Origin: Octopus sinensis
Taxonomy: Eukaryota
Direction: 5' to 3'
DNA: 64,000 nucleotides
Assembly (NCBI RefSeq): GCF_006345805.1
Contig: NC_043003.1
Span: forward strand, 103,726,001-103,790,000
Shown here: positions 38,901 through 51,200 of the stretch, piece by piece
Position numbering within the stretch: the first letter of the stretch is position 1
Layout: each line of letters opens with the position of its first letter
Position numbers and translations under genes: made by a program
Notes under the pieces: model-generated
Databases searched by the model: none
Told to the model about the DNA's origin: nothing
Seen by the model: only the letters and a program-made list of their open reading frames with translations

Positions 38901-41900
38901 CTATGTTACTTTTAGTATTATATTTATTAGTAGTATTATTCCACCAATGATAATGTAAAAAACTGATGCTAGTGATTTAAGTTTTTGGGTCAGTTTTGAT
39001 CTCCATTTGTTGTTTTGAACTAATCATGCATTATCTTGTAGCTATGAGATTTTGATGAGGTAGCTGTTTATTTTTAAAACGATATTGTAGGGTTGGTGTG
39101 AGAGACCAGATCTGGCCAGTTTGAACATAAAACACGTAGAATACTTTTGGCCGGATATGGCTGGTTTAAATGCTAAAGGGTTAATGATACTCCTGGGAAT
39201 TGAATATAGTCTTCACTTGCTTCTTGTTCCCAGTTATGTAACATTAAATATCTAAGTCAGTTACCCAAATAGATACAATGTTGAACAACTGCTCATATAC
39301 TGGGTTCAAATCTGCTGAAGGATTTCATTGTGATTCTGTTCAAAACACTTCATCTCCTGACTATTTCAGTATATCCTGCTACAGACATTGTAGCATCATC
39401 GCAGTAAACCATTGTGTTGCACTCAAGAGGGGTTCAGCTAGATATATCATTTATGTTGTACATATACGATTTTTTTTCTCATATATGTCATACATTTGTG
39501 ATTCATTTTTTTGTGGAAACTTCCATTTCTTTCCATGTATCACTCATGTTTGTTTTTAATTTCTTTTACTTAAATCTAGGGTCAAACCCCTTTCTCACTA
39601 GCGGTTAACCTTGGTCAATTACGAGTGGCTCAGTACTTAGAAAAACATTCTTTGAATATCACTCCTCCATGTATAGACACTCCATTATCGAGCGCACCCT
39701 CATCAAGAGCCTCCTCTTCTAACTCTCCATCTGAGAGCAATGGAGACCACTTACTTCCACATGAAGCAACAGATGTTGGCCCCAGTGCAGTCAGTTCAAC
39801 AAGTAATGCTGCCAGTGATGCCAGCACCCCACCTTTTTCAAAGAGAATCAAAGTGGAAGGCTCTCTGGTGAGTGTTTGTTTTCATTTTATTCTATTTCAT
39901 TTCTTTTTTCTTTTTATTTATGTATTTAATCAGCACCAAGGGTGTCAGTTTAAGGTGCTACACAAATCTTATTACCACTGATATACTGAATTCCACTTCC
40001 TACAGTTGAGTGATTAGGGGTTGCTACAACCAATAAAGCCTCTAACTCAGCCAAGTAAGAAGAAATTGATGTGAAACAATAAACAAAACAAATCGATGGG
40101 ATTGACAGAATCGTTTGATTATTGACGAAATAATTTGTGGGAGTCATTTGTGTATCATACTGTTGTATATATACCATTGAAAAGCAGGCTGCTGGGGTTT
40201 TTGTCTGAGAGTAGATCTCTTCATTGATATATTGGAGCAAGAACGTTATTGCAGCAGTAACTCACAACAATGTCAGATGCATTTTGACATTTTGGGCCTT
40301 TTCAATAACATGTACTTATTTGTCACATGCTTAAATGAAGTTTGTGCTTTGGTTTGTAGGAAACAGTGAATAATATTACTGAGATGTACTTGCATAGCAA
40401 GTGACTTGATCTGAGATTGTGTGCTGGAATGAAAACAATTGCAGCGTGGAAGGTGTTTGTAAGCCATTTAAGAAACACACAAAAACCGTTAGATTTACTT
40501 CAACATTTAAATTTAATTTGTGTCAAAATATTTTCATTGCTTTGGGACTGCGACCTGTTCACTGACAAAACTTTGTGGTGCAGCATGAAGTTTTGTCAGT
40601 GAACAGGTCGCGATTTCAGAACGCCGAGAATATTTCGACAAATTAAATTTAAATGTTGAAGTGAATCTAACGGTTTTTGTGTGTTTCTTAAATGGCTTAC
40701 AAACACCTTCCAGTGAATAATATGTTCACTGATATTGTGGAATGCTTGTCAAACTGTAAAAAACGAAGTAAATGCAATTGAAGCTACATTAAATTAAAAT
40801 AGACATCTGTGTATCGTACAGGCAGCTTTGGTTTTTTTGTCTGGTAGAAAACCTCTTCATAATGGTAATTTGAATCCCTCTTTTCCTATTGCACACTCCA
40901 ATCATCTTCATGAATCATATGAGAGTATGCAACTTTTACTTCATGCCATTGACTATGAAAGATACTCATGGAAAATATGTGGAGATTTAAAAGTCATTGA
41001 AATGTTAATGAGAATGCAGTCAGGTTCCACAAAATACTGTTGTTTCTTGTGTGTATGGAATAATCAGGCAACTGACAGACATTATTTGGAATCAAACTGG
41101 CAGACAAGAACAGCATACCAGCCAGAGCTGTCTATCATCAAGAATACACCTCTTGTAGATCCATGTAATGTCCTATTGCTTCCTTTGTGCATAAAGATTG
41201 GACAAAACAGTTTGTAAAGTTACTAGGCTTGAGTAGAAAAGTTTCCCCAAATCACACAGGCATAATTGAAAGTGGGTATCTTTGTTGGACCCCAAATTAG
41301 AGAAGTACTCAAAGATGTCAACTTCAAGACAACAATGGATGAACTGGAACTGCCTGCCTGGAATGCTTTTGGTTCTGTGAGAAAGCTAACAAGAAGGCAA
41401 TGGACTCCAAGGATGGCTTCAAGAATCTTCTGAAATGTTACTAAGAAATGGGTTGTCGCATGTCACTGAAAGTTTACTTCTTGGACCCCCATCTGGATTT
41501 CTTCGTAGATAACCTTGGAGCAGTGTCTGATGAACATGGTGAAAGATTTCACCGGGACATTAGTGCTGTGGAGAAATGGTGCCAAGGCTTCTGGAATGAC
41601 AGAATGCTCGCTGACTACTGCTGGACACTTTACCGTGATCAACCAGATCAGGAACACTGCAGGAAATCCAAATCACAATGTTTCTAACTCTATTGTTCTA
41701 ACTTTGTCTCTTTTGTCTGACCCATTTTTTTTGTGCATTCACTCTTTGTAGAACGATAGTAAGGATTTTAAACTCAATATATTCATTTACTTTTTTAAAA
41801 TAATATGTCCTTATTTGTTACGTTATTGATTTCATATATACAAATATGTAAATATTTGAATGTATCTACTCAAAAATTGATGTGCTACATACAAATGGAG

Positions 41901-44900
41901 TGAAATTTTGAAATCTGTATGAAAAATTAAAAAGGTTGGTTTGCATTAATAATGAGTATAATACATTTAATTTTGAGTATAATACATTTAATTTTGTTGA
42001 CCAATGTTATTGGGCACTCAGTTCACTTAAAGTACTCTTTTGACATGATACGAGGGGCGTTCAATAAGTAATGCCCCTGGCCCACTTCCCATAGCAGTAG
42101 AGCAACAAAACTTGGCACAGTTATTAGTCTTTTTCTACATAACCACCCAGTTATTAGTCTTTTTCTACGTAACCACCCAGAGTTACGCATTTCTCCCATC
42201 GTTTGATGCAGCTCTAGAGACCGTTTTTGTAGAAGACCCCAGCTTGGTCCTCCAATCACAACGTGACTTCAGAAATCAAGGCTGCATCATCTGGGAAACG
42301 CTTTCCTTTCAAAAACAACTTCATGGCTGGGAAGAGGTGAAAATCAGAGGGTGCAAGGTCAGGAGAGTAGGGGGGATGGGGGGAGTTCATAGCCGCATGC
42401 CTGTGCTTCTGATCTGGCGACACGCGAGTTGTGGACCGGAGCGTTGTCCTGCAGGAGGAGGATGCCTTTGCTGATCTTGCCCCGCCTCTTGATTTTGATA
42501 GCTTCTCTTAATTTCCTCAAAAGTGAATCATAATAGGCTCCTGTAATTGTGGTACCCTTTGCCAGGAAATCAGTCATCACTACTCCGTCCTGGTCCCAGA
42601 AGACTGTGAGCATGACCATACCAGCGGAAGGCTGCACCCTTGCCTTCTTTGGAGGAGGTTAGTCACGGTGCTTCCACTGCATTGGCTGTGCTTTGGTCTC
42701 TGGATCATAGTGATGGACCCAGGTTTCATCCTTGTGTAATCAGTCTTTTGAAAAATTTTGACTCATCTTCTTGGCACATCTCCAAATTCATCCTCGAGCA
42801 CTCGACGCGTTCTTGCTTCTGGAAAGGTGTGAGCAACCTGGGAATCCATCTGGCAGACACCTTTTGCATATGCAAATGGTCATGAATGATATTTTCCACA
42901 GACCCGGTACTAATCTTAACCTGATGGGCTATTTGGCGAATTGTTATGCGTCGATCTTCCAAAATGGCAGCCTCAACTTGACGGACAGATGCCTCATCAA
43001 TGGCAGAAGGGGGGGGTGACCAGATCTGGGAACTGTTTCCACAGAGTTCTGACCATGTTTGAATTCACGATACCAGCGTTTTACAAGGTCATATGATGGG
43101 GCTTCATCACCATAAGTTACTTTCATTTCATCAAAAGTCTCCTGTGGTGTGCGTCCTTTCAAATACAAAAACCGGATCACTGCTCGACACTCAACAGGCT
43201 CCATTTCACACTTGACTCAGTTCAAACACCTGTAAATCAGAAACCACAATTAGTTCAGAGCTGTAATTTGCCATTTAATCTATAGAGATATAAATAATTG
43301 CACATGCAAAATTTCAGCTAGATCAAACAACTGCAAGTGAGTCAGGGGCATTACTTATTGAACGTCCCTCGTATATGCAAGTAGTACTTTGGTACTTCAT
43401 GTCTCAATGGGTTTTTAAGAAGCTACTCAAATCATCATGGCTCGGCTTCGCGAACGAAGATCAGGAAGGCTGTCCACGTTGCGTGCATGCATGCTCATGA
43501 CTGACAAGTCCGATATGGGAAAGGCAGGTCCGTGAGCAGTGTCCACAGACGAAGGTAACATCTGGTGTGGTGTCAGAGGCAGCTCGCGCCTTCCTCCTGC
43601 ATCTCTTGTCTTTAAGTGCGTTGCTTCTTTGTTCCTCAAACTTGTTGACTGCATCAAAGATCGTGTGGCGCCAGACATCACTGTCCGCAGCCAGGTCTGA
43701 CCAGCATTGGTGGTTAATATGACATGCTACTAGAGACTTCTTGAGGCAGTCTTTGTAGCGCTTCCTCGGAGCTCCTCTCACTCGGTGGCCGGTGGAGAGT
43801 TCGCCAAACAGGGCAATCTTTGGAAGGCTACTCATGTGCACACACAAATCACAAATGTAAACCTAGCTGAAGAATTGTATTGAAGCAACATAGTTTATGC
43901 AATGTGCACAAATAAAAAGTACTTGCTCCATTGATAGTCAAATAGCCAACTAAATAATTCTTTAATATATTGCATTTAGCATGCCATACTTTGATTTACA
44001 GCCTATATCAGACAGGTACCTTGTGGGGTAGCGTCTTTTAGTATACTTGATTCTCCTTTTCTATAGGAACATGTTTTTGACACTGTAACATTGTGACATA
44101 ACAAATGCAGGCATGGCATCTTGGTAAGTGCATTTATCGTAGCCATGGCAAGTGATTTTAGATAAATGGAAACTTTTGGATGGACTGTGCCTGCTGTTCA
44201 AATGTCCAGTTTTATCACACGTATGTCACACTGATTATGCCTGAGCAATTAAATCAAGTTCAGCCACTTTTTATGTTTATTTAATGAGTTGGTTGTCCCA
44301 TTCATCAAACAGCTGGATGCTCATACATTACAATTTATGTGAGAGTCCATCACTGAAAGATTAAATGTTGTCTGCTTGCAGGCAATCTTGGTCAGCTGAC
44401 CTCTCCCAATGTATTTATTTGACTTTACATTCATGTACCAACATTGTTACACTGGTTAACTTGCCCAGATTAAATTTAACCAAAAACATTTTCTCTCCCT
44501 CTCTCTTCCCTCCATATCAGCCTAGCGACTACGAATCTGATGTCAGTGAAAACACAGGACAGTAAGTAATTCAATCCTCTCCTTCATCATTAAATTATTA
44601 TTGTTGTTGTTGTTGATGTTACAAATGGAATTTGGTAGAGAATCACTCTGTAGAAACGTACAGCAAATGTCTGTGTGTCCATGTCTATTTTTTTTACCTT
44701 TTATCCGTTATTTGTTTCAGTAATTAGACTGCAGTTATCATGGGGCACCGCCTTGAAGAATTTTAGTCAACCGAATCAACCCCAGTACTTTTTTTTAAGA
44801 CTTGTACTTATTCTGTTGGTCTCTTTTGCTGAACAGCTAAGTTATGGGGATGTAAAGACACATTGGAGGTCAAGTCGTGGTGGGGGACAAACACATACAC

Positions 44901-45964
44901 ACATAGATATATACATATATGACGGGCTTTTTCAGATTCTGTCTTCCCAGTACTGCTGCAATCCAGTGACTGAAATGGTGAGGTGGATGTGATAACAAAC
45001 TATGAAGAAGACGTTGCCTCCTGTGAGAGGTGTAAAATGTCTCAACCAATTAAATATTTAAGAAAAAGAAAACTCCAAATCAAAATTCACTCATTAGCAT
45101 TTAAACTAGCTGTATCTAGCCCAAATATATTCTACCTGTTTTATACTCAAACTGACCAGATCCAGCCTCTCACACCTGCTCTACAATGTCATTCTAAAAC
45201 TTGGCTGAGTGGTAAGAAGCTTGCTTCCCAACCAGATGGTTTGAGGTTCAGTCCTTGGGTAAGTGTCTTCTACTATAGTCTCAGGCTAACCAAAGCCTTG
45301 ATAGATAGAAGCTCAAAGAAGCTCATTTTGTGTGTGTGTATGTATGTATAATTAATCAAGAAAAAAATAAAGAAAATCACAAGAAAAAAACAATAACGCG
45401 AGGACATGGTACATGCAAAGTATTAAAAGATGCTCAGGGAAGGAAAGGAAGGTAGTTTTATGTGTTGAGCAAAGCTCTTCTTCAGAAACAGGAGACAGAG
45501 GAGAATCCAAGAGAAAAGGAACATGGAAGAAACAAAATCGCCAATGATCCACATGTAGTTACATTTTGAGGTGTGTATATGTGTGTATGTAAGGATTGGA
45601 ATCGAAGGGCCTTAGAGTCAACTTAGCTAAAACCAAAGTCCTAATAAGTAGGAAGGCAGACAAACCACAAATCCCTGCTCGATCTGTAGAAAAGGTGGAG
45701 GTAGAAACTTTATAAGATGTACTCAGTAAGCCAACTGCTCCTTGGCTATTTATTTGTGTATTTTCATTTGATATACATGTGTGTGTATATTTATATATAG
45801 GCGCAGTAGTGGCTGTGTGGTAGGTTCCAGGTTCAGTCCCACTATGTGGCAACTTGGGCAAATGTCTTCTACTATGGCTCTGGACTGGGCAAGGTCTTGT
45901 GAGTATATTTGGTAGACGGAAACTGAAAGTAGCCTGTCGTATATATATATATGTATGTATGTAT

Positions 45965-46001
<37 letters not shown>

Positions 46002-48262
46002 TACAGTGACTGCCCCCTCGTTATCGAGTATGGCCATTGCACGAAGCTTAATCAATATTGTTATCGTGCAATGCCTGTGCAAGAAGATTTTTTTTTAAAG
46101 TGAGGAAAGGCTGTACACAGAGTCAATCCCACTCACTAAGCAACAGCAGCCATAATCCGAAAAGAAGAACAAGTCAACAACATCGGTAACCACTGAGCCA
46201 CAGGTTTTATGCCGGAGTTATCCCAGTTACCTGAGTTACCTTCTCCTAGAAGGATGCCCTAACAAAGGCTAGGAGTCCTTCACTCCCAATGGTTTAACCG
46301 TGCAATCGGGTATTCAGTCTGATTATTTCTATGTCCCCACGCATGATACAGCCTTAAGACATTTATTGGATGGCCATTGACTCTCAAGAGTTCCTCTGCC
46401 CTTTGACGGGTTTTGTTTTTCATCCCACAGGGTGTCCAATAAACACCTTCCTCACCAAGCAAGCTTGGTGGGGTTGCCGGTTTAGTCGTCGGCGACCCAA
46501 CCATGCAACAGGTTGTACTGGGTTACATGTTACCAGTAGCACTCAAAAGTGACCTGACACAATATATATATATTTATATATACTTTATTTAAAGCAGCAG
46601 AAAATTCAACAAAATCTGTTACTCTGAGTTTCTCGTTGCCGTTCATCAGACAGTTTTTGCTAGAATGGAACCAATATATCAATTCAATCCAGACTCTTAC
46701 AAATGCTACACCTTTAAAAAAATGGACTTGTTTATCTTCGAGCGATAAACAAAAAATGAGCTCAAAAATATATGTATATATATATAAAAAAAATTATAAA
46801 AATTCGAGGAAAAAACCTTACATTAAATAAAATACATATTGACGTTAATGAAGAAAATATAATTAATGCATAGAAATTAAAACTTATTATAAATATTACA
46901 CTGCAATACATATTCATATTAAAGTGTACATATATATATCAACATACACAGAAGGATGCGTGCAAACGCCATACATATACAGACGTATAAATATAAATAT
47001 AAAATATACACACAAATGCATGCATACATATATGTACGCAATCTATCTCGCACGCAAGTTAAAATCATCGATGTAGCGTTTCTCATTTACGTAGTAAAGC
47101 TTAAGTAAGGGGGACGTAAAGTTGTATCAGTTAGAGAAAAAACGAAAGAAAGGAAGAGAGAAAAAGGAACGAAGAAGGGGGAAGGAAAAAAGAAAAAGGA
47201 GGGGTGGGGAAAAAAAACGAAATAAGAAAAATTATGTATACAAGCTGCGTAACCGCGTTATTGACATATATGGAGACAAGTATACAAATACACAAGTTCG
47301 AATGGATACATACACATACAGTTGTGTATGTGTGTGCTTAAGCACAAACATACGCTCACTTACACATACACATAGACGCATGCTTACAAATACATATCCA
47401 TGGCTATACACATATTTACATCAAAATTCTAATTTTTGACAACATTGATTTTTTAAAAAAAGGTGAGTGCAATAATGAAAAATATACGAAAGACATATAA
47501 AATATAACACCCTATTTTGGATCATCTATAAATTAAAAATCAAGGTAATCCTATACAATACAATAACATGAAATAAACAAAGCCGAAGGTTTTTCCTAAT
47601 GTATATGTAGAAATATAAACAAAATATATGCATGAGACTTTGCTATACGGAATGAAATCTGCATAGCGCGAAACAAATCCATCGTCGCGTTTACATACTA
47701 GTCCAAGAGTCAAAATCAAAATTTCAAAAATACAAAATATATACACTATCCATATGGTATATTTATATTTGACATTTTAAATTTGGTTGCGTGTCTACGT
47801 AAGTTCATTAGCTCACTTCTTTGATTCAAAGAATTATTGTCTTTGAATAAAATGTATAGTTTTTCTAATAGGCAAAGCTTGCATTTAAAATTATTTCTGT
47901 GTGCTCCATGCCTGTATGGTGCCGCTCTGTCCAGAATGCTCCATGTCACGTTGAAAGGTGGGGTTTCCTTTTCTTTTAGTTCCCAGACATATTTTGCTAG
48001 GCTGGTCCTCTTCCTATTCTCTGGGTATCTAAATGAATTTTTATGTGAATAAAATCGTGTTTTAAATGAATTTTCTGAAGCCCCTGTATATGTCTTGTAT
48101 TCCGATGAGCCTTCTATTTGCACCTTGGCTCTATAAACTACTCCTTTCACTAGACATTTCCCTTCTAACGGACAGGAGTTTTCGTTTTTGCAATTGTATT
48201 TCTTAATGGGGTCGGCACCATGTCTAATCTCAATATATATATATATATACACATACACACAC

Positions 48263-48293
<31 letters not shown>

Positions 48294-51200
48294 TTGTTAC
48301 GCCGTCGCTCAACTCAACTTAGGACCCTAAGTCGGCGATGACGACTACGCTCAGTCAAACGGAAATCCACCACAGAAAGCGGGGGTGGGCAGCGAACGCA
48401 AACCAGTAACCAGAGACAACAGCAACAAAGGAGAGAGACAGCAGAGGCAGTTGCTTACATTTAACAACAATTTATATAATTCACAACATCAATTGAAACA
48501 TTTCAAATACATTTAAAAACAAGGTTAACAGACATTTAACAGACCGTACACAGAGTTGAAAACAATCAAAACAATCAATGTCATTTAGCAGAATACAACG
48601 TCCGGCAACACCGGGTCATAATGCTAATGTATGCATATACAGCTGTGTGCGGGCACACATACACATGAGTTCTGTCCAAATCTCCAACCAATCACATACA
48701 GCTAGCTGGCATTCAATTGGCGTATCAAGTTTCGGGCATTTTGATTGAGTTTTGGATAGAAAATTCACAAAAAAGTCACTTCTATTGATTTTTTAATGGC
48801 TTTGCGGGGTGACTGGGGAAATGTAACGATGTGCATGAACTCCCTTGGACAGTTTTGAATGACCATAGAAAGTGCGATCCCTCTAACTGAAAAATTGTGG
48901 ATTTGTATAAAGGACTCACACACAGACATTTTGCCGTTTATATATAGAGAGATTTTGTTTATTGCATGCTTAAGACCATAAGTTGAAAGGACCAATGAAA
49001 CAGAACCATTTTCAAATATGTATCCATTAAACTAATTGTGTATGTTTGCTTATAACCTTATTTCTGTTCCATTTTAAACAAAACTGTCCAACAAACAGGA
49101 ACAGGAAACTCTGAGTAACAGTTTTTGTGATATTTTTGCTGCTTTTCAATAAAGTATATGTATGCATACATCTATGTGTTTGTCTCCCCCATCACCGCTT
49201 GACAACCAGTGTTGGTGTGTTTACATCCCTGCAACTTAGCAGCTCGGCAAAAGCAACTGATAAAATAAGTAGTAGGCTTAATAGATAAGTCTGGGATCAA
49301 TCCATTGCTCCAGCATGGCCGCAGTCAAATGACTGAAATAAGTGAAAGAATAAAAGAACAATTATGTCATTGAAATTTTGATGCTACAACATGATAAATG
49401 TCAAAATGTAAAGAAATAAACTTTATATTTGCTGGAGTAATCTGAATGCTAATGGGTTGATTACTGAAAACTTTACATGGTCTACTCAAGTAAAGTCTTG
49501 GAATTAGCTTTAGAAGATTTTAAAGTTTTTCTGTTTATCTTTGATGACTTTTTACTATGTTTTTTTAAACCTTCTTTCTTATTTTTCCAGGTATTCTTCA
49601 TCAGGAGACTATCCATCTAAAGTTAAACATGTATTTAGAAAATGTGAGTATCCATAAATATGAAATATTTAAAACCCTTTCATTACCATATTTCTGTTGA
49701 AAGTCACTGCTTTTGTTTCAGTTACTTTTTAAAAGACTGGGGAACTTAGTAAAATAACTTTTGTCACTGTTCAAGGTAGTTTCTAAAACATAATGTGGAA
49801 CTTTGATGGAAGATTTTTATTTAACCCTTGTGTTATCAAACTGCTGTTGAAATAGACTCTCTTTGTTTCGATTAGTTTTGAATTATTAGTAAAATAACTT
49901 TGAAGTGGTTGGTGTTGGGGAGAGCATCCAACTATAGAAACCATGTCAAGGTAGACCTTAGAACTATGCCAGCATGGAATGCAAACGTCAAATGGCAATG
50001 ATTCATCATCATCATCATTGCTTAACATCCGTTTTCCATGCTAGCATGGGTTGGACAGTTCGACAGGGGTCCGGGAAGCCAGAAGGCTGCACCAGGCTCC
50101 AGTCTGATCTGGCAGTGTTTCTACAGCTGGATGCCCTTCCTAACGCCAACCACTCCGTGAGTGTAGTGGGAGCTTTTTATGTGCCACCGGCACAGGTGCC
50201 AGGCAAGGCTGGCAACGGCCCCGATCAGTTAGTGCTTTTTACGTGCCACCGGCACGGAAGCCAGTCAAGGTGGTGCTGGCATTGGCCACATACGGATGGT
50301 ACTTTTTAGGTGCCACCGGAACAGGTGCCAGGGTAGGCTGGCAATGGCCACAAACGTTTGGTGCTTTTTACGTGCCACCGGCACAGAAGCCAGTCATGGC
50401 GGCGCTGGCATAAGATCAAAATTTCCTCAAATTTTGGCACAAGGACTGTAATTTCATTGGAGGTGGTAAGTTGATTACATGAATCCCAGTTCTTGACCAG
50501 TGCATATTTTTTCAACTGAAAAGAATCATAAGCAAAGTCAACTTCAGGAGTATTTGAACTCAAAATGTAAAGACAGAGGAAATGTTGTTAAACACTTTGC
50601 CTGATATGCTAATAATTCAACCAGCTCACCACCAAGAGACTCTCACTCTTTGTGTCTAGTAGGAATATTTCATTGTCTACTGTCTACTGTCAAGTCTACA
50701 TCTGCTAGAATACTCTCTCATCACTCTAACACTCTTTTCATTCTTCTCTCCCTCCCATTGTGTCATATGACTAAAGATGGCAGTGGATTTCTCCTCCTCA
50801 TTGTAACTAAGGATGTCACTGGACCTATCTAACCCTCTCATCTCTTCAACACAACCCCTGCCTCTCTCATCCTCATCAACCTCTATATTTCACTCATCAT
50901 GAGGCTTATAGATAAAGGATCACATCAGATGTGCATGGCACCCTATCCAACTCTACCATTACCTTTTCTATCTTCCTTTCCTTGGACACTTGTTATTGAC
51001 ATTTACTCTTAGCATTTATCCACCTCACCTTTACCCACTGACTTTAATTCCTCTTTGTTGACTTCAACTTCTGTGTCTGAAAGATTCTGGGATAGCTGGT
51101 CTACTATCCCATTGTTCATGCTCTCATCCACCTAGAAAACCCCAGAATAGTTGAACTATGTATGTTACTATCCATCTCTCTCTCTCTCTCCCCCTTTACC

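Noticed and set aside
48295-48610. TGTT...AACA-bounded ~315-bp segment resembling a solo LTR
   Set aside because: No target-site duplication (CACAT versus CCGGG), and the right end overlaps a CCGG-CAAC-ACCGG hairpin typical of Helitron-like ends; left unclassified.
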